DNA from: Candidatus Levybacteria bacterium RIFCSPLOWO2_12_FULL_37_14
GTDB taxonomy: Bacteria; Patescibacteriota; Microgenomatia; Levybacterales; UBA12049
Length of the DNA stretch: 35,620 nucleotides
NCBI GenBank assembly: GCA_001782645.1
Contig: MFPH01000031.1
Location: forward strand, 1 to 35,620
Direction: 5' to 3'
In this document: positions 32,388 through 35,620 of the stretch, piece after piece
Layout: every line of letters begins with the position of its first letter
Position numbering within the stretch: position 1 is the first letter of the stretch
The notes under the pieces: model-generated
The model's database searches: none
Told to the model about the DNA's origin: nothing
The model's input: the letters and a program-made list of their open reading frames with translations, nothing else
Made by a program: the position numbers and the translations under genes

Positions 32388-32951
32388 GTGAAAAAAGAAA
32401 CGTTATCTGCTCTGTTTGATAAGATTAAACATCCATTGAGGCCAAGAATCGAACCAAGGATAGACAGTGCAAGTTGGGATAAGTTAGCTCAGGAGAGAAT
32501 GGCAGAAGCCAATCGGAGGAGCTTACCTCCAAGATTTTTTCACTCAACGTCTTCTGGTAGATATGATTTTACTATTCAGGAAAAAGGTGACTATGTCTTG
32601 ATAATCTATGATTCATATGTAAACACTAATAGTGAAAATGGGATGAATGAGGCAGTAGTTTTAGCTGTGGGTAGTGAGCCAAAATATGCTTATGGGTTTC
32701 CAACGGAAGTACCTTCGGAGAAGTTCTGGGTGGTGTCAGACATCGGAGAGGATTTGGAAGAGATCGGACTTGCTTTTCATCATCTTCAAAGGGCAAAATT
32801 ATTTGATTCCCGACAAAATAAAGGATCGTGGAGGGGATTATATCCAGACGCAGATGGATTAATTAAGAGTCTGGATGAAGAAGAAGCTATTTCTGGAAGC
32901 TTAAGAAATATTCCAGCAAATTTAATGAACACGCAGGAAGGCGAGAAATAG
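32388..32951 (+). CDS. Hypothetical protein (187 aa)
   Basis: ORF with a GTG start that fits the -10/N6 pattern. No motif recognised. Confidence 0.55.
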   Translation: MKKETLSALFDKIKHPLRPRIEPRIDSASWDKLAQERMAEANRRSLPPRFFHSTSSGRYDFTIQEKGDYVLIIYDSYVNTNSENGMNEAVVLAVGSEPKYAYGFPTEVPSEKFWVVSDIGEDLEEIGLAFHHLQRAKLFDSRQNKGSWRGLYPDADGLIKSLDEEEAISGSLRNIPANLMNTQEGEK

Positions 32952-32954
32952 ATT

Positions 32955-32979
32955 GGAAATCCAAAATCCCCCGGGGGCC
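32955..32979 (+). repeat. Intergenic C-tract motif, copy D
   Basis: ggaaatccaaaatccccc, merging into the 10-bp palindrome cccccggggg (32968-32977). Confidence 0.65.
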
Positions 32980-33008
32980 TCGATTTAGTTGATGTGGAGA
33001 CATTATTG

Positions 33009-33017
33009 TGGTATATT
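33009..33017 (+). promoter_or_regulatory. Extended -10 promoter placed for a leaderless transcript
   Basis: TGgTATATT followed by 6 nt and the ATG at 33024. Confidence 0.5.
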
Positions 33018-33023
33018 TCCGTC

Positions 33024-33326
33024 ATGACTGAACGTAAAAGAAATTCCACATTTAAACAACTATCTCCGGATGAGTTAAAATCCATTGCAAAAAAATGCAT
33101 TGAATCAGCAAGAGTCGCCAGGTTTGATGATGAGATGTTGGTAAAGCTAGAATATTCTTCGCGTGCTTTGCGGGCGGGAGGGTTTACGATCGAAAATCTT
33201 GGCATGGAGATAAACGACATCTTCGAAATTACAAACCGCCTTTTTGATAAAAAAATAGAGATAGATGCGAGATTTAAGAGAATGGAACAAGTTTTAGATT
33301 CATATCCACGAGCGAGTAGGCAATAA
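33024..33326 (+). CDS. Hypothetical protein (100 aa)
   Basis: I prefer the ATG at 33024 over the GTG at 32994 because of the -10/N6 arrangement. Confidence 0.5.
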   Translation: MTERKRNSTFKQLSPDELKSIAKKCIESARVARFDDEMLVKLEYSSRALRAGGFTIENLGMEINDIFEITNRLFDKKIEIDARFKRMEQVLDSYPRASRQ

Positions 33327-33335
33327 GTCTAATGC

Positions 33336-33371
33336 GGAAATCCAAAATTCCCCAAGCACCGTTTTGGATTT
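33336..33371 (+). repeat. Intergenic C-tract motif, copy E, embedded in a 10-bp hairpin
   Basis: ggaaatccaaaattccccaagcacc. aaatccaaaa (33338-33347) pairs with ttttggattt (33362-33371). Confidence 0.7.
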
Positions 33372-33379
33372 TAAAATTC

Positions 33380-33388
33380 TGCTATAAT
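33380..33388 (+). promoter_or_regulatory. Extended -10 promoter
   Basis: TGcTATAAT, 14 nt before the ATG at 33403. Confidence 0.5.
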
Positions 33389-33402
33389 CTTTTTATCCTT
33401 CG

Positions 33403-33951
33403 ATGGTGAGCGCGTCGAACCACTCAGGATATGATATGCATTTTAAAGCTTACGCATTTATTGACAGTCAGAATTTGAACTTGGGGACGAGTAAGGATAT
33501 TAGAAAAAAAGGAAGAATAATTTATAAAGGATGGAAATTAGACTTTAAAAAATTCAGGAGATATTTAACGGATAAATTCAGAGTCCAAAAAGCATTTCTT
33601 TTTATAGGGTTTATAAAACAAAATGATAGTTTATATAAAAAACTTAAGTCTTATGGATACGATTTGGTATTTAAGCCAACTGTTAAGGACAGTTTTGGCA
33701 AAGTTAAGGGGAATGTTGACGCGGAGCTTGTTCTTCATGCAGCAAAAGTTCAGTATGATAGATATGACAAAGCAGTGATTGTGGCAGGAGACGGAGATTA
33801 TTATTGTCTGCATGAATTCTTGGAAAAAAATAGGAAATTGTCGCATATTGTAATTCCAAATGAAAAGTCAGCATCTTCGCTTCTAAAACCCTTTCAGAAA
33901 TACAAGATATTTTTGAGTTTTGAGAGGAAAAAGTTAGAATTGAAGAAATAA
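33403..33951 (+). CDS. NYN-domain (LabA/DUF88-like, PIN-fold) putative ribonuclease
   Basis: AFIDSQNL, KGNVDAELV and VAGDGDY acidic motifs in NYN order. An alternative start at 33436 (MHFKAYAFID) is possible. Confidence 0.75.
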   Translation: MVSASNHSGYDMHFKAYAFIDSQNLNLGTSKDIRKKGRIIYKGWKLDFKKFRRYLTDKFRVQKAFLFIGFIKQNDSLYKKLKSYGYDLVFKPTVKDSFGKVKGNVDAELVLHAAKVQYDRYDKAVIVAGDGDYYCLHEFLEKNRKLSHIVIPNEKSASSLLKPFQKYKIFLSFERKKLELKK

Positions 33952-34063
33952 AAAGTGGGAGGCGTTGCAAGTAGACACGTAGTCTATTGTTCGTATTCTC
34001 CCTAGTGATTAACCACATTCTAGCATACGCTTACATAAGCGTCAATAGTCAGTTTATGTTTTT

Positions 34064-35269
34064 ATGAATTTGTCTGTCGGAATTGTTGGATTACCTAACG
34101 TTGGAAAGTCGACGCTTTTTAATGCGTTGTTGAAAAAGCAGACAGCTTTCGTCGCAAATTATCCTTTTGCCACTATTGAGCCAAATGTTGGAATCGTTCC
34201 TGTGCCGGATTCCCGTTTGGAAAAGCTTGCAGAAATCACCAAAATTGAGGCTAAAATGGCTGAATTGCCTCCGATAAAACCCGCAACAGTAAATTTTGTG
34301 GATATTGCAGGACTCGTAAAAGGAGCAAGCGAAGGCGCAGGATTGGGAAACAAATTTTTGTCACATATCCGCGAAGTTTCAATTATTGCCCATGTGGTTA
34401 GGGTTTTTACTGATGCCAATGTTATTAGATATGAAGATGAAGAGACCCGCCTTCGCCAAAGCTCCGGCGGGCAAGGGGGAAGTGTGGGACCCAAAGAAGA
34501 TTATGAGGCAATCGAAACAGAATTAATTTTAGCTGATTTGCAAACTATCCAATCGGCGCAGGGAAAAGTGAAAAGATTTGCCAAGGAAACAGAAAAAACT
34601 GCGATTGAAAAATTATTTAAAGGATTAAATGAGGGGAAGCGGGCCTCGGAAATTGAATTAATGTCGGAAGAGCAGGAATATGCCAATACGTTTTTTCTTC
34701 TGTCGGCCAAGCCGGAAATAATTGTCTTAAACGTGGAAGAAAAAGACTATAACGAAAAATCTATTGAATCTATTGCCCAAAAATATAAGGAGATGCTGAA
34801 ACCAGTTCAGCATGACAACGAGGGGAATACAGTTGTTATTTGCGCGAAAATTGAATCTGATTTATCAGAGCTTTCAGAAGATGAGCAAAAACAATATTTG
34901 GCAGATTTGGGCGTTAAACAATCTGGTCTTGAAAGATTGATAAAAAATGCTTATGCAACTTTGGGTTTGATTTCTTTTTTAACTTGCGGAGAGAAAGAAG
35001 TCAGAGCTTGGACCATTCGACGCGGTTCGACCGCTCTCATGGCCTCCGGCGAGATTCATTCGGATTTTATGAAGAAATTTATCAAAGCGGAAGTTGTTTC
35101 ATATCCTGATTTTGTAAGTTTAAACGGTCCCGCCCGCAACGACTTCGCTAGCTTGTCTAGCGTGTCGGGCGGGTGGAAAGCTGCGCGGGAGAATGGAAAA
35201 GCCCGCATGGAAGGCCGCGATTACATCATGCGGGATGGCGACGTAGTAGAATTCAAGATTGGGGTGTAA
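34064..35269 (+). CDS. ychF: Ribosome-binding ATPase YchF (Obg-like GTPase family) carrying two insertions
   Basis: GIVGLPNVGKSTLFNAL, FATIEPN, DIAGLVKGAS and a C-terminal TGS-like GEKEVRAWTI...DGDVVEF. At 401 aa it is longer than the roughly 363-aa length I recall for typical YchF. Confidence 0.92.
   Translation: MNLSVGIVGLPNVGKSTLFNALLKKQTAFVANYPFATIEPNVGIVPVPDSRLEKLAEITKIEAKMAELPPIKPATVNFVDIAGLVKGASEGAGLGNKFLSHIREVSIIAHVVRVFTDANVIRYEDEETRLRQSSGGQGGSVGPKEDYEAIETELILADLQTIQSAQGKVKRFAKETEKTAIEKLFKGLNEGKRASEIELMSEEQEYANTFFLLSAKPEIIVLNVEEKDYNEKSIESIAQKYKEMLKPVQHDNEGNTVVICAKIESDLSELSEDEQKQYLADLGVKQSGLERLIKNAYATLGLISFLTCGEKEVRAWTIRRGSTALMASGEIHSDFMKKFIKAEVVSYPDFVSLNGPARNDFASLSSVSGGWKAARENGKARMEGRDYIMRDGDVVEFKIGV
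34439..34480 (+). repeat. GC-rich palindromic element inserted in-frame in ychF (first insertion)
   Basis: cccgcc (34446-34451) pairs with ggcggg (34466-34471). The sequence aligns with the intergenic leader at 15965-16007, including a compensatory stem change. It encodes about EETRLRQSSGGQG. Confidence 0.65.
35129..35173 (+). repeat. 45-nt nested palindrome inserted in-frame in ychF (second insertion)
   Basis: cccgcccg (35129-35136) pairs with cgggcggg (35166-35173), and cgctag (35146-35151) pairs with ctagcg (35157-35162). It is exactly 15 codons (PARNDFASLSSVSGG) and starts on a codon boundary. Confidence 0.75.
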
Positions 35270-35284
35270 CTGTTGAGCCGGGGC

Positions 35285-35620
35285 TTAGCGTTTTTTCTTT
35301 TCTATGGGATTGTCGTCTTTATTCAATTCAAAATTATTCATATAGCATTTGATTATTTCTGAAGATTTTCCCAGAGCTTTGGCTAATTCGAGGATATTGT
35401 TATTGGGATGGTTTTGGGCGTAGAGAAGCACTTCTTTAACACCCTTCCGAATTACTTTTTTCCCATCCGGCCCAAGAGTATATCCCTCTCTGATTTTTGG
35501 CTTTTCCGTTGTTTGTCCAACCTCTTCTTTAAAGGAAAAGTGCCTAACTAAGGTTGTCCTATACCACTCTACTAATTCTTCATTCGTGAATTTTCCGCCG
35601 TCCTTTTTTTTAGCATTTTT
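35285..35620 (-). CDS. Hypothetical protein, 5'-partial (runs off the window end)
   Basis: My own translation of the minus strand is open for 111 codons from nt 35620 to a TAA at 35285-35287 (...ILELAKALGKSSEIIKCYMNNFELNKDDNPIEKKKR). It is absent from the ORF track because no start codon lies in the window. Confidence 0.5.
   Translation of the reverse strand, partial: KNAKKKDGGKFTNEELVEWYRTTLVRHFSFKEEVGQTTEKPKIREGYTLGPDGKKVIRKGVKEVLLYAQNHPNNNILELAKALGKSSEIIKCYMNNFELNKDDNPIEKKKR

Noticed and set aside
33952-34063. Possible tRNA or small RNA between the NYN gene and ychF (gggag...ctccc pairing, a GTTCGTATT T-loop-like string, and an acgctt-acat-aagcgt hairpin).
   Set aside because: I could not build a cloverleaf: no 7-bp acceptor stem and no matching T-stem around the TTCG string. 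It is more likely a 3' or 5' UTR structure, so I left it unannotated.
1-35620. Alternative genetic code (UGA recoding, as in some CPR lineages), CRISPR arrays, rRNA or tRNA genes, transposases, integrases, or reverse transcriptases (DGR).
   Set aside because: TGA terminates several well-supported genes (ends at 6186, 25287, 26468 and 32086). I saw no array-like direct repeats with spacers, no rRNA-like segments, and no ORF with recombinase or reverse transcriptase motifs.

Overview
This is an AT-rich, gene-dense bacterial window read with the standard code (TGA is used as a stop). It contains about 46 supportable CDSs and no rRNA, tRNA, CRISPR array, transposase or integrase. The gene content (many small orphan genes, LytR_C, DUF475-like, DUF5674-like and NYN proteins, and a short enolase) suggests an uncultivated Patescibacteria/CPR-like genome; that is inference only.

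Layout:
- 1-7.3 kb: housekeeping and envelope genes (dus, PQQ sugar dehydrogenase, two S9-type hydrolases, NUDIX, LytR_C, DUF475-like).
- 8.9-19.7 kb: a copper/thiol locus. A CsoR-controlled string of about 11 genes rich in vicinal-Cys membrane and secreted proteins converges on a csoR-like/copB/YHS operon.
- 19.7-20.4 kb: a PIN/Phd toxin-antitoxin pair.
- 21-30.8 kb: metabolism (2-hydroxyacid dehydrogenase, methyltransferase, ppsA-eno, beta-helix protein, MDR dehydrogenase, class-A beta-lactamase-like protein, PurM-like protein).
- 31-34 kb: an island of small orphan genes ending in an NYN nuclease.
- 34-35.3 kb: ychF.

Most interesting signals:
1. A family of short GC-rich palindromic elements occurs in intergenic leaders and also in-frame inside conserved CDSs. 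One is an exact 45-nt (15-codon) hairpin insertion in ychF.
2. The leader copies carry extended Shine-Dalgarno sequences that can be sequestered by pairing.
3. A TGnTATAAT-N6-RTG, leaderless-type promoter architecture recurs at eight or more genes.
4. Two recurrent C-tract intergenic motifs are present.
5. The CsoR-regulated Cys-Cys protein operon contains mirrored APCC/CCAP membrane paralogues.
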